DNA of 64,000 nucleotides. Origin: an uncultured bacterium. GTDB taxonomy: Bacteria > Krumholzibacteriota > Krumholzibacteriia > LZORAL124-64-63. The notes under the pieces were generated by a model that was not told where the DNA came from, did no database searches, and saw only the letters and a program-made list of their open reading frames with translations. The DNA lies in contig CAVSZB010000007.1 of NCBI GenBank assembly GCA_963732385.1, positions 1,532,957 to 1,596,956 of the forward strand, read 5' to 3'. The position numbers and the translations under genes are program-made. Shown in pieces: positions 29,716 through 39,408 of the stretch. Positions within the stretch are counted from its first letter, which is position 1; each line of letters begins with the position of its first letter.

Positions 29716-31926
29716 GTGCGCCTGATCATGCCGGCGCGGTGCGCGCCTTTCGCCCTGCTCTGCACCCTGCTGACGACCGTTACCGGCGCCGCCGCTGTGG
29801 CGTCATCCCCTCCCTCGGTGGCGCCGGTCAGCGTGATCGCCGTCCGCACCGCCGTCGAGCCGCGGCTCGACGGCCGGCTCGACGAACCGGCGTGGCGCGA
29901 CGCCACGCCCCTCACCGCTTTCACCCAGCGCGAACCGGCCGAAGGGGCACCCGCGAGCGACTCCACCTCGGTGCGCGTCCTGTACACCGAGAGTGCGCTC
30001 TGGGTCGGCGTGCGGTGCGCCCAGTCGGCCGACGCCCCGTTCGCCGCCAAGGGGCTCAAGCGCGACTTCGACTGGGAGGCGGACGACAATGTCCAGCTCC
30101 TGCTCGACACGCTCGGCGACCACCGCACCGGCTGTCTTTTCATCACCAACCCCAACGGCGCCCGCGCCGACGTGCAGATCGGCGCCGAGGAGCAGGATTT
30201 CAACGTCGACTGGAACGGCGTCTGGGACGTCAGGGTCGCGCGCGACGACGCCGGCTGGACGGCCGAGTTCATGATCCCGTTCTCCACCGTGCGCTTCCGC
30301 GCGGGCGAGTTCCAGACCTGGGGACTGAACGTCGAGCGGTCCGTGCGCGCGCGGCGGGAAACCGCGTCGTGGCGAGGGTGGTCGCGCGACCACGTCATCG
30401 CCCATGTCGACCAGGCAGGTCTGCTCGAGGGCATCCGCGGCATCCATCGCTCCGGCGAGATCGAGGTCCTCCCCTACGTCAGGGGAGGGGTGGAGGACGC
30501 CCCCGGCGCCCGTGCGTCACGCACGGGCGACCTCGGCGTGGACGTCAACCTGAACCTCACCAGCGGCCTCAAACTCAACCTGACCGCCAACACCGATTTC
30601 GCCGAGGTGGAGGTGGACCAGAGCCGCATCAACCTGACCCGCTTCCCGATCTTCTTCCCGGAAAAACGGGCGTTCTTCCTCGAGGGGGCCGACCGCTTCG
30701 CCTTCACGCTCGACTGGCCGGTGCAGATCTTCTACAGCCGGCGCATCGGGCTCGACCCGCGCACCGGCGTAACGATCCGCAGCGGCGAGAAAATCCCCGT
30801 GCTCGGCGGGGCCCGCCTCTATGGCAAGGCCGGCCGCTGGGATCTGGGTCTGCTCTCGCTGTGGACCGACGCGCGCGGCGAGGTGCCGACCACCAACTGG
30901 TCGGTGGCGCGCGTGCGGCGCGAGATCGGCCGGCAGTCGTCGATCGGGGTGATCGGCGCGGCGCGGGCCGCGGCCGGCTCGTCGAATCTGGTCGGCGGGG
31001 CCGATGCCATCTACGCGACCTCCGACTTCGCGGGCGGCCACAACTTCGAACTGGCCGGCGCCGTGGCGGCCTCCGACGTCTCCGGCCGGCCCGAGGCGCG
31101 CAACCTCGCCTGGCGGATGACCGCCGACTATCCCAACGACGCCCTGGATCTGTTCCTCGGCGCGGCCGGGGTGCAGCGCGGCTTCCAGGCCGACACCGGC
31201 TGGGACGCGCGCAACGGCAACTACCGCGTCTACTCCGGCGCCCTCTGGCTGAAACCCCGCCCCCGCTGGCCCGGCGTGCGGCAGCTGCGCATCAAGCCGC
31301 TGGGCATCGGCTGGTTCGCCACCGACGACACCGGCGAGCGCGAGACGGTGGACATGAGCACGATCCCGCTCGGCGTCCTCTTCACCTCGGGCGACTACCT
31401 CTGGACCCGGCTGCGCCGCGAGTTCGACCGGGTGGACGAGTTGTTCCAGGTCGGCGGCCTGCTGCCGGTTACGGCGGGGGAATACTGGTGGAACAGCGCC
31501 ACGATCGCCTTCGAATCGTACGGCGGGCGCCGCTGGTCGGTGGGCGAACAGTTCGACACGGGCGACTACTACGCCGGCACGCGGCGCAGCTTCACCACGG
31601 ACGCGCGCTACAGCGTCAACCGGCATCTGAACCTGAGCGCCGAGTACGCCTGGAACCGCCTCGAAATGGCCGGCGCGCGGCTGGTCACGCACGAGCTGGG
31701 CGCGAGGATCGACTACGCCTTCTCGCCCGACCTGCACCTCTCGCTCTTCACGCAGTTCAACAATGAGGACCGGGAGCTGTTCACCAACCTGCGCCTCGCC
31801 TGGATCCCCCGCATCGGCAGCGATGTCTTCCTCGTTTTCAACCAGGGCTACGACACGGCCGACAGCCGCTGGGCCTCGACCGGCAGCGCCGCCCTAGCCA
31901 AGGTGGTCTGGCGCTTCGTAATCTAG
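29716..31926 (+). CDS. DUF5916-family protein with N-terminal CBM9/DOMON-like domain (probable outer-membrane protein)
   Basis: LDGRLDEPAW, NPNGARAD, WNGVWD..GWTAEFMIPF, NTDFAEVEVD, FFPEKRAFFLEG, FYSRRIG; beta-strand-like C-terminus. Confidence 0.82.
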   Translation: MRLIMPARCAPFALLCTLLTTVTGAAAVASSPPSVAPVSVIAVRTAVEPRLDGRLDEPAWRDATPLTAFTQREPAEGAPASDSTSVRVLYTESALWVGVRCAQSADAPFAAKGLKRDFDWEADDNVQLLLDTLGDHRTGCLFITNPNGARADVQIGAEEQDFNVDWNGVWDVRVARDDAGWTAEFMIPFSTVRFRAGEFQTWGLNVERSVRARRETASWRGWSRDHVIAHVDQAGLLEGIRGIHRSGEIEVLPYVRGGVEDAPGARASRTGDLGVDVNLNLTSGLKLNLTANTDFAEVEVDQSRINLTRFPIFFPEKRAFFLEGADRFAFTLDWPVQIFYSRRIGLDPRTGVTIRSGEKIPVLGGARLYGKAGRWDLGLLSLWTDARGEVPTTNWSVARVRREIGRQSSIGVIGAARAAAGSSNLVGGADAIYATSDFAGGHNFELAGAVAASDVSGRPEARNLAWRMTADYPNDALDLFLGAAGVQRGFQADTGWDARNGNYRVYSGALWLKPRPRWPGVRQLRIKPLGIGWFATDDTGERETVDMSTIPLGVLFTSGDYLWTRLRREFDRVDELFQVGGLLPVTAGEYWWNSATIAFESYGGRRWSVGEQFDTGDYYAGTRRSFTTDARYSVNRHLNLSAEYAWNRLEMAGARLVTHELGARIDYAFSPDLHLSLFTQFNNEDRELFTNLRLAWIPRIGSDVFLVFNQGYDTADSRWASTGSAALAKVVWRFVI

Positions 31927-31997
31927 GGGAGCCCCTTGACAAGGGGGCCGCTCGTACCGAATCATGGTTGTTCACCCCAGCCCCAAGGAGCGGCTAC

Positions 31998-32315
31998 GTG
32001 AATTGGCACGATCTGGAGAAGATGCGCGTCAAGGACCTGCGCACGAAGGCAAAGGAACTCCTGCCCGACCTGACCGGCGTGATCGGCATGAAGAAGGATG
32101 ATCTCATCGCGCAGATCGCCACGAGCCTCGGCATCGAACATCCGCACAAGCGGGTGGTCGGCATCGACAAGAAGAAGGTGCGGGACAAGATCGAAGCGCT
32201 GAAGGTGAAGCGGCAGGCCGCTCTCGAAGCGCACGACGGCGCCGAGTTGAAGAAGCAGCGCCGGCTGATCCACCGTCAGAAACGACGCCTGCGCCGCGCC
32301 GCCGCCATCCTGTAG
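31998..32315 (+). CDS. Small basic protein with a Rho N-terminal-like helical domain
   Basis: RBS AAGGAG then GTG; DLEKMRVKDLRTKAKEL..GVIGMKKDDLIAQI, followed by a Lys/Arg-rich helix. Confidence 0.65.
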   Translation: MNWHDLEKMRVKDLRTKAKELLPDLTGVIGMKKDDLIAQIATSLGIEHPHKRVVGIDKKKVRDKIEALKVKRQAALEAHDGAELKKQRRLIHRQKRRLRRAAAIL

Positions 32316-32325
32316 GACGCGGACC

Positions 32326-33459
32326 GTGCGCGCTCGATCCGCCCTGTTCGCGGGCGCGGCCGTCTTCTGCCTGAGGGCGGCCGCGCCAGCGTCGGCGGCC
32401 CCGCCCCCGGCCGCCGGGGGGGGCGTGCGCGCCCAGGTCGACACCGTCGGCTTCGCCGTCCGTCCGGACGACATGGCGGCGCTGCTCGCCTCGGCGCACG
32501 CCGCCGAGGACTCCACCGTCGCCGCCCGGCGTCGCGAGCTGGCGCTGCCCCCCGGAACCGGCTGGACCGTGGCGATCATGCCGCACGACGACTACCTCTA
32601 CGCCGGACGCGTCTATGCCCACCTCACACCCGGCCTGCGCGCCCCGCGCTGGATCGTGCTCGGCGTCTGTCATGCCTGCCGGCGGCTCGGCGTGCGCGAC
32701 CGGCTCCTGTTCGACGACTTCGACGCCTGGCGCATGGCCGGAACTGACGTTCCGGTGGACACGGCCCTGCGCGCCCGCCTGCTCGCATCGCTCGGCCCCG
32801 ACGCCGCGGTCGTGGCGCGGGACCGGCAGACGGCCGAGCACTCGGTGGAGGCACTGCTGCCGTGGCTGCGCGACGCCGCGCCCGACGCCGTCTTCGTGCC
32901 GATCCTCGTGCCGGGCATGTCGTGGGAGCGGATCGAGGAGCTGTCGACACGCCTGGCCGACGTGCTGGCCGACATCTGCCGGGAGCGGAACTGGGTGCCG
33001 GGGCGGGACCTCGCCCTGTTGATCTCGGCCGACGCGGTGCACTACGGCTGCCGCGACTGGGGCGCCGGCGGCGGGCATCACCCGTTCGGCTGCGATGCCG
33101 CCGGGCACGCCGCCGCGCGGGCGCGCGACATCACCCTGGCCGAAGCGACGCTGGCGGGACCGCTCACGGCGGCGGGACCGGCCGCCTTCGCGCGCCTGGT
33201 CTGGAAGCCGGGCGATCCGGCCGATCCGTACCTGATCACCTGGTGCGGCCTCTATTCCATCCCCTGCGGCCTGGAAACGGCCCGTCGCCTGCAGGCGGCG
33301 CTCGGCCTGCCCCCCCTCGGCGGACGGCTCCTGCGTTACGGCGACAGCGTGACCGATCCGCCCCTTACGGCGGCGGGAACACGGCTGGGCGTGACCGCGC
33401 CGGCAAACCTCGATCACTGGGTCGGCTACGCTGCCATGGGCTGGCCGGCAACCCCCTGA
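32326..33459 (+). CDS. amrB: Memo/AmmeMemoRadiSam protein B family
   Basis: IMPHDDYLYAG, LGVCH, EHSVEALLPWL, ISADAVHYG, TWCG, WVGYAA. Confidence 0.8.
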   Translation: MRARSALFAGAAVFCLRAAAPASAAPPPAAGGGVRAQVDTVGFAVRPDDMAALLASAHAAEDSTVAARRRELALPPGTGWTVAIMPHDDYLYAGRVYAHLTPGLRAPRWIVLGVCHACRRLGVRDRLLFDDFDAWRMAGTDVPVDTALRARLLASLGPDAAVVARDRQTAEHSVEALLPWLRDAAPDAVFVPILVPGMSWERIEELSTRLADVLADICRERNWVPGRDLALLISADAVHYGCRDWGAGGGHHPFGCDAAGHAAARARDITLAEATLAGPLTAAGPAAFARLVWKPGDPADPYLITWCGLYSIPCGLETARRLQAALGLPPLGGRLLRYGDSVTDPPLTAAGTRLGVTAPANLDHWVGYAAMGWPATP

Positions 33460-33473
33460 ACGCCCTATTTCGT

Positions 33474-33500
33474 TCAATCCCTCCCCCCGCCGTCCGATAA
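33474..33500 (+). promoter_or_regulatory. Putative sigma28 (FliA-type) promoter
   Basis: TCAA-N15-TCCGATAA, 58 bp upstream of the PAS kinase start. Confidence 0.45.
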
Positions 33501-33558
33501 CAGGCGCAGACGCCGGACATCCGCCCGTCGTCACCCGGACCGAGCGAGAGGATGCTGA

Positions 33559-36500
33559 ATGCCCTGGCCTCGCCCTCCACGGACCTTCGCGTGGCTGAAG
33601 CGCCTGTTCCTGAACCGTCCGGACCGCCAGGTCCTGCTGCTGGTCGCGGCCTTGAGCCTCTCGCCGTTCATCCTGGAATCGATCGGGCTGCTCGGCCTCG
33701 TCGATGCGGCCTCCCGCATCGTGCCCGGTTCGCCCGCTCCCGAAGCCGCCTCCGTCGAACTGGCCAGTTCGCGCACCAGCCTGGCCGCGCTCCACCTGGT
33801 GCAGCATCTGCTGATCCTGGCGCTGGCGTTCGGGACGTTCGTCTTCGGCTGGCTCTGCCGGCGGCTCTCGCGCGATGACGACATCGCCGCCTGGGGTTTC
33901 GTCGTCTTCGGCCTCGGTCTGCTGCACACCGTGCCGGTCCTGGCCCTGGAGCATTTCCCCGGCGTCAGGCACGGTATCGACCCGCACGCCGCCATACTCG
34001 GCGCGATCAGCCGCAGCATCGCCATGATCTTCGTGGCGGCCGGCCTCTGGATCCTCACGCGGCGGGGACGTCCCCGCCAGGCGCGGCACTGGCAGTTCGC
34101 CGTGTCGGGACTGACGGTCCTCCTTGCCGCGGCCACGCTGCTCACCGTAGCCGCGGCGCGGGCCGGGCTCGACGGCAGTACCGGGCTGTCGCCGCAGCTG
34201 GCCGGCCTCCTGCCCCTCTTCTTTTGGGGGCTCGCAGTGGCGGTGGCGGCCTCCGCGCCCGCGCTCCGGGAACGGGGCAACAGCTGCGTCGAGCGGGCGA
34301 CCATGCTGATCCTCGTGCCGCTCGGGATGGCGCAGGCCTACCTCGCCTTCGTCTCGCCATTGACCAGCCACAACCACCCCTCCATCGCCCACGGGCTGCT
34401 GATGGGCGCCTGCCTGCTGGGGTTCGGGAGCGCGGTGGTGGATCTGCTGCGCCTGCACGACGCGCAGCGCGGAGCGCGCGAGCGGCGCTTCCTGCGGGGA
34501 CTGATCGACGCCCTGCCCCAGCTCATCACCCTGAAGGACGAGCAGGGGCGCTTCGCCCTCGTGAACCGGGCCGCCGCCGAGTTCATCGGGCGGGAGGCGG
34601 ATCAGATCATCGGGCGGGATCCGGTGGAGTGCGGGGACGATCCGGTCGTCGCCGCTCGCAATCGCGCGGAGGACAGTCGGCTGCTGAGCGAAATGTGCTT
34701 CGACACGCGGGAGGACACCCTCGCCGACGCCACCGGCCGGCACCGCGTCTTCCACTCGCTGCGCCAGCCGATCCTCTCGCCGGACGAGGACGCACTGCTG
34801 GTCCTGGGGGTCTTTTCGGAGATCACGGAGCTCCGCTCCGCCCAAACGGCGCTCGAGGACCAGAATCGCCTGCAGGCGGTCCTGATGGAGGCCCTGCCCA
34901 ATCCGATCTTCATCAAGGATCTCCAGGGACGCTACCTCGGCTGCAACGCCGCCTGGGCCGAATTCTTCCAGCGCGATCGTCAGGAGATCATCGGCAAAAC
35001 GACGCACGACCTCCTCCCCGCGGAACTGGCACGGGAACATGAAGCCGTCGACGCGCAACTCCTGGCCAGGCCGGGCCGGCACACCTACGAGTCCACCCTC
35101 ACGCGCGGCGACGGCTCCCCGCGCACCGTGGTCCTCCAGAAGGCGACCTTCCAGAACGCCGAGTGCGAAGTGGCCGGCCTGGTCGGCCTGATCCTCGACG
35201 TGACGGAGGCCCGGGCGGCCGAAGCGGCGCTGCGCGCGAGCGAAGAGCGGTGGCGCACGATGATCGAGAGCCAGGGCGAGGGTGTGGGCATTATCGATCT
35301 GCAGGAACAGTTCAGCTTCGCCAACCCGGCGGCCGAGCGGATCTTCGGCGTGCCGCGCGGCAGCCTGGCGGGGCGCCGGATCGGCGAATTCCTGTCGGAG
35401 ACGAGCCTGAGGCGAATCCAGGCCGAAACCGCCCGCAACCGCCAGGGGGAACGCGCCAGCTATGAGGTGCAGATCACCACGCCGGATAAGATCGCCCGCG
35501 ATCTGCTCGTGACCGTCACGCCCCACCTGGATGCGGACGGCGATTTCGCCGGGCTGTTCGGGATCTTCCGCGACATCACGGCGAGCAAGCAGTCCGAGCT
35601 GGCGCTCCGCACGAATTTGAAGCAGACCCGCCTGATCCTGGACCAGGCGAGCGATCCGTTCGTCACGCTCGACGAGCACCACGTGGTGACGCGCTGGAAC
35701 CGCCGCGCGCAGGAGCTGTTCGGCTGGACCCACCAGGAGGTGGTCGGCCGTAACCTGACCGACGTTCTCGGCGACGTCTTCCGCCAGCCCGACGGCGGGA
35801 ATCTGCTCGATCACCTGGAGACGTCGGCGAACAGTCCGGCCGCGCGCGCCGCGTTCAGCAGCACGGCCCGCACCCGCGACGGTCACGAACTGCCGATCGA
35901 GGTGAGCGCCTGGAGCGTGCGCACGGGCGACCAGATCCTGGTGAACGCCTTCATGCGGGATCTCTCGGAGGCGCAGACCGCGCAGCGCGAGAAGGAGATC
36001 CTCGACGTCCAGCTGCGCCAGGCCCAGAAGCTGGAGGCGATCGGCCAGCTCGCGGCCGGCATCGCGCACGAAATCAATACGCCCACCCAGTACGTGGGCG
36101 ATAACCTGCGCTTCCTGGCGGACGCCTTCACCGGCATCACGCAGGCCCTCAACGCGTACGGCCGGTTGCTTGCGGCGTCGGGCGCCGGGCAGCCGGACGC
36201 CGCGATCGCGGCCGAGGTCGGCAAAACGCTGGCCGGGCTCGATCTCGACTACCTGGCGACCGAAGTGCCCACCGCTCTGCGCCAGTCGCTGGAAGGGGTG
36301 GACCGGGTCGCCACCATCGTGCGCGCGATGAAGGAGTTCTCGCATCCGGGCACGCTGTCGAAGCAGGCGGTGGACATCAATCATGGCATCCGCAACACGA
36401 TCACGGTGTCGCGTAACGAATGGAAGTACGTGGCCGAGATCGAAACCGAGCTCGACGAGACTCTGCCCGCGGTGCCGTGCCTGCCGGGCGAACTGAACCA

Positions 36501-36885
36501 GGTGATCCTGAACCTGATCGTGAACGGGGCCCATGCGATCCGCGACCGGACCGGCGGCGACGGGACCAAGGGCACGCTCCGGGTGACGACCCGGCGGGCG
36601 GAAGACTGGGTGGAGGTCCGCGTGACGGACAACGGCGCGGGCATCCCCGCCGCCATCCGCGAGCGCGTCTTCGAGCCGTTCTTCACGACCAAGGAAGTGG
36701 GCAAGGGCACCGGTCAGGGCCTGACCATCGCACACGCGGTGATCACGAAGAAGCATGGCGGCACGCTCACGTTCGAAACCGAGGAAGGTCGCGGCACGAC
36801 CTTCATCATCCGCCTGCCGCTCGATCCTGAGCGCGGCCAGGCCGGCGGGGAGACCTTGCATGAAGAAGAGCATTCTATTCGTTGA
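33559..36885 (+). CDS. Membrane-bound multi-PAS sensor histidine kinase (NtrB-like)
   Basis: About 8 TM segments, four PAS repeats, [20 protein letters not shown] (H box), QVILNLIVNGAHA, DNGAGI, FEPFFTTK..GTGQGL. Confidence 0.93.
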   Translation: MPWPRPPRTFAWLKRLFLNRPDRQVLLLVAALSLSPFILESIGLLGLVDAASRIVPGSPAPEAASVELASSRTSLAALHLVQHLLILALAFGTFVFGWLCRRLSRDDDIAAWGFVVFGLGLLHTVPVLALEHFPGVRHGIDPHAAILGAISRSIAMIFVAAGLWILTRRGRPRQARHWQFAVSGLTVLLAAATLLTVAAARAGLDGSTGLSPQLAGLLPLFFWGLAVAVAASAPALRERGNSCVERATMLILVPLGMAQAYLAFVSPLTSHNHPSIAHGLLMGACLLGFGSAVVDLLRLHDAQRGARERRFLRGLIDALPQLITLKDEQGRFALVNRAAAEFIGREADQIIGRDPVECGDDPVVAARNRAEDSRLLSEMCFDTREDTLADATGRHRVFHSLRQPILSPDEDALLVLGVFSEITELRSAQTALEDQNRLQAVLMEALPNPIFIKDLQGRYLGCNAAWAEFFQRDRQEIIGKTTHDLLPAELAREHEAVDAQLLARPGRHTYESTLTRGDGSPRTVVLQKATFQNAECEVAGLVGLILDVTEARAAEAALRASEERWRTMIESQGEGVGIIDLQEQFSFANPAAERIFGVPRGSLAGRRIGEFLSETSLRRIQAETARNRQGERASYEVQITTPDKIARDLLVTVTPHLDADGDFAGLFGIFRDITASKQSELALRTNLKQTRLILDQASDPFVTLDEHHVVTRWNRRAQELFGWTHQEVVGRNLTDVLGDVFRQPDGGNLLDHLETSANSPAARAAFSSTARTRDGHELPIEVSAWSVRTGDQILVNAFMRDLSEAQTAQREKEILDVQLRQAQKLEAIGQLAAGIAHEINTPTQYVGDNLRFLADAFTGITQALNAYGRLLAASGAGQPDAAIAAEVGKTLAGLDLDYLATEVPTALRQSLEGVDRVATIVRAMKEFSHPGTLSKQAVDINHGIRNTITVSRNEWKYVAEIETELDETLPAVPCLPGELNQVILNLIVNGAHAIRDRTGGDGTKGTLRVTTRRAEDWVEVRVTDNGAGIPAAIRERVFEPFFTTKEVGKGTGQGLTIAHAVITKKHGGTLTFETEEGRGTTFIIRLPLDPERGQAGGETLHEEEHSIR

Positions 36886-38077
36886 CGACGAGGCGAACGT
36901 GCTCAGCGGACTGAAGCGCATGCTGCACGGCCAGCGCGAGGAGTGGGACTGCGAGTTTGCCGACAGCGGCCAGGCCGCTCTGGCCCTGCTGGCCGAGCGG
37001 GACGGCTTCGACGTGATCGTGACCGACATGCGGATGCCCGGCATGGACGGCGCGCAGCTCCTGGAACAGGTCAAACTGGTATCGCCGCGCACCGTGCGGC
37101 TGGTGCTCTCGGGCCAGTCGGATCAGGAGCTGACCATGAAGGCGGTCGGCCCGGCGCACCAGTTCCTTTCCAAGCCGTGCGATGCGGAAACCCTGGTGAA
37201 CGTCATCAGGCGGGCCTGCGCACTGCATGAACAGCTCGCCCCGGGCGGCCTGGCCAACCTCGTCTCGCAGCTCGACCGGCTGCCGAGCATGCCGGGCATC
37301 TACCGGCGGCTCGTCCACGAACTGCAATCGCCCGACGTCGGCGTGGCCGAGGTGGGCCGGATCATCGCCGAGGATCCGGCCATGACCTCTAAGATCCTGC
37401 AACTGGTCAACTCCTCGTTCTTCTGCTTCCAGCAGCGCATCTCCGATCCGGTGCAGGCCGCCATGATCCTGGGCATCAACACCATCAAGGCGCTCGTGCT
37501 CTCCGTGCACGTGTTCGGCCAGCTGGCCTCCGACGTGCCGGAGGAGCTGCACATCAGCGCCATGCAGAGCCACAGCCTCGTCACGGGCAACTTCGCGCGC
37601 GCCATCGTGCTGTTCGAACGCGGCGGCAAGACCCTGGGCGACGAGGCCTTCGTGGCGGGCCTGCTGCACGACATCGGGCGGCTGGCGATCGCGGCCAACC
37701 TGCCCGACACCTACCGTCAGGCGATCCTGTTGTCCCAACGGGAGGGGACCACCCTCCACGACACCGAGCAGGCGCTGTTCGGCTCCACTCACGCCGAGGT
37801 GGGCGCCTACCTGCTCGGCCTTTGGGGACTGCCCGAAACGACCGTGGAGGCCGTGGCCTTCCATCACGCGCCGGCCAACTCTCCGGTCAAGACTTTCGGG
37901 GCGCTGGCGGCCGTGCACGCGGCGGACATCATCGACCGCGAGCGCGCCGCGCGGCGCACCAACCGCACGCCGCCGCTGGTCGACCTCGCCTGGCTGGGCC
38001 GCCTGGAGGTCGACCGGCACCTCGATCAGTGGCGCGCCGCCTGCGGGGAGATCGCCAACAGCGAGGTGCCGGAATGA
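36860..38077 (+). CDS. Response regulator with HDOD output domain
   Basis: ILFVDDE, VIVTDMRMPGMDG, FLSKPC; LPSMP, DPAMTSKILQLVNSSFF, GLLHDIG, HAEVGAYLLGLWGLP. Confidence 0.92.
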   Translation: MKKSILFVDDEANVLSGLKRMLHGQREEWDCEFADSGQAALALLAERDGFDVIVTDMRMPGMDGAQLLEQVKLVSPRTVRLVLSGQSDQELTMKAVGPAHQFLSKPCDAETLVNVIRRACALHEQLAPGGLANLVSQLDRLPSMPGIYRRLVHELQSPDVGVAEVGRIIAEDPAMTSKILQLVNSSFFCFQQRISDPVQAAMILGINTIKALVLSVHVFGQLASDVPEELHISAMQSHSLVTGNFARAIVLFERGGKTLGDEAFVAGLLHDIGRLAIAANLPDTYRQAILLSQREGTTLHDTEQALFGSTHAEVGAYLLGLWGLPETTVEAVAFHHAPANSPVKTFGALAAVHAADIIDRERAARRTNRTPPLVDLAWLGRLEVDRHLDQWRAACGEIANSEVPE

Positions 38078-39387
38078 GCAAGCCGCCCGTGGTGATCGAG
38101 AAGATCATGCTCGTCGACGACGACGCCAATCTCCTGGCCGGCTACACGCGCCAGCTGCGCAAGCACTTTTTCCTGGAGACCGCCTGCGGCGGTCCGGCGG
38201 CGCTGGCGAGCATCGAGCGGTCCGGCCCGCCGGCGGTCCTCGTGAGCGACATGCGGATGCCGGTCATGGACGGCATCCAGCTGCTGGCCCAGGTCAAGAA
38301 GCGGGCGCCGAACACGGTCCGCATGATGCTCACCGGGAACGTAGACCAGCAGACCGCCATCGAGGCGGTCAACGAAGGGGCGATCTTCCGCTTCCTGACC
38401 AAACCATGCTCCCCGGAGCAGCTCGTTCGCGCCCTGACGGCCGCCCTGCGGCAGCACCGGCTCCTGACCGCCGAGCGGGTGCTGCTCGAACAGACCCTCA
38501 ACGGCGCGGTGGGGATCCTGACGGAGGTGCTCGGGCTGGTCCACCCCGGCGCCTTCAGCCGCGCCTCGCGAGCGCGCCTGAGCGTGCGCTTCCTGGCGGA
38601 GTCGCTCAAGCTGCCGGGCGCCTGGCAGTTCGAACTCGCCGCGGCCCTGTCGCAGATCGGCCTCGTGATCCTGCCCCCCGAGACCCTCGCGCGCTTCGAC
38701 AGCGGCGAGGCGCTGGAACCGGGCGACGAACGCATCATCGCATCATGTCCGGCGGTCGGTCAGCGCCTGATCGAGATGATCCCGCGGCTCGAGCTGGTCG
38801 GACGCATGGTCGCCAGCCAGGAAAAGCGGTACGCCGACTACCCCGAGCAGCCGGAAGACGACGCGGCGCTGACCATCGCCACCGGGGCGCAGATGCTGCG
38901 GGCGACGCTGGCCCTCGATCGCCACATGTCGCGCGGGCTGACAGTCCCCGCCGCCCTCTCGGTGCTGCGGCGCGAGGTCGGCGAGTACAATCCGGAACTA
39001 CTGGCGGTGCTGGAGTCGTTCGAGAACAACGACACCGAGGCAACGATCCAGGCGCTCCGCGTGAGGGAACTGGCGGTGGAAATGGTGATCCACGAGGACA
39101 TCCTCGCTTCGAACGGGCTGCTGCTCGTGGCCAAGGGACAGGCGATTTCGCTGCCGGTGCTGGAACGGCTGCGCAGCTTCCATGAGGGGATGGGCGTCGT
39201 CGAGCCGGTGCTGGTGCGGGTCCCGCCGCCGGAGTCCGCCGAACCGGACGCGGTCGACGCCGCCGATGCCGCCGATCCGGGCAAGGCTGGCGGACCCGCG
39301 GCCGCGCCTGCCCGCCCGGCGACCGCCGAGGGATTGATCACCGCCTCGCTGTCGGGCTGGTCGGCGCGCCAACGCACCGATACGTAG
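38074..39387 (+). CDS. Response regulator with degenerate HD-like domain
   Basis: IMLVDDD, LVSDMRMPVMDG, FLTKPC; AALSQIG in place of the HD motif. ATGA overlap with the upstream gene. Confidence 0.85.
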   Translation: MSKPPVVIEKIMLVDDDANLLAGYTRQLRKHFFLETACGGPAALASIERSGPPAVLVSDMRMPVMDGIQLLAQVKKRAPNTVRMMLTGNVDQQTAIEAVNEGAIFRFLTKPCSPEQLVRALTAALRQHRLLTAERVLLEQTLNGAVGILTEVLGLVHPGAFSRASRARLSVRFLAESLKLPGAWQFELAAALSQIGLVILPPETLARFDSGEALEPGDERIIASCPAVGQRLIEMIPRLELVGRMVASQEKRYADYPEQPEDDAALTIATGAQMLRATLALDRHMSRGLTVPAALSVLRREVGEYNPELLAVLESFENNDTEATIQALRVRELAVEMVIHEDILASNGLLLVAKGQAISLPVLERLRSFHEGMGVVEPVLVRVPPPESAEPDAVDAADAADPGKAGGPAAAPARPATAEGLITASLSGWSARQRTDT

Positions 39388-39408
39388 ACTCGCCCCGGCC
39401 CACGCCCC

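Noticed and set aside
31936..31965. sigma70 promoter (TTGACA) before the small basic protein
   Set aside because: The TTGACA lies within a GC hairpin and has no convincing -10 box at 16-18 bp.
32104..37092. 1662-aa minus-strand ORF
   Set aside because: Antisense shadow of amrB and the histidine kinase; no recognisable domains.
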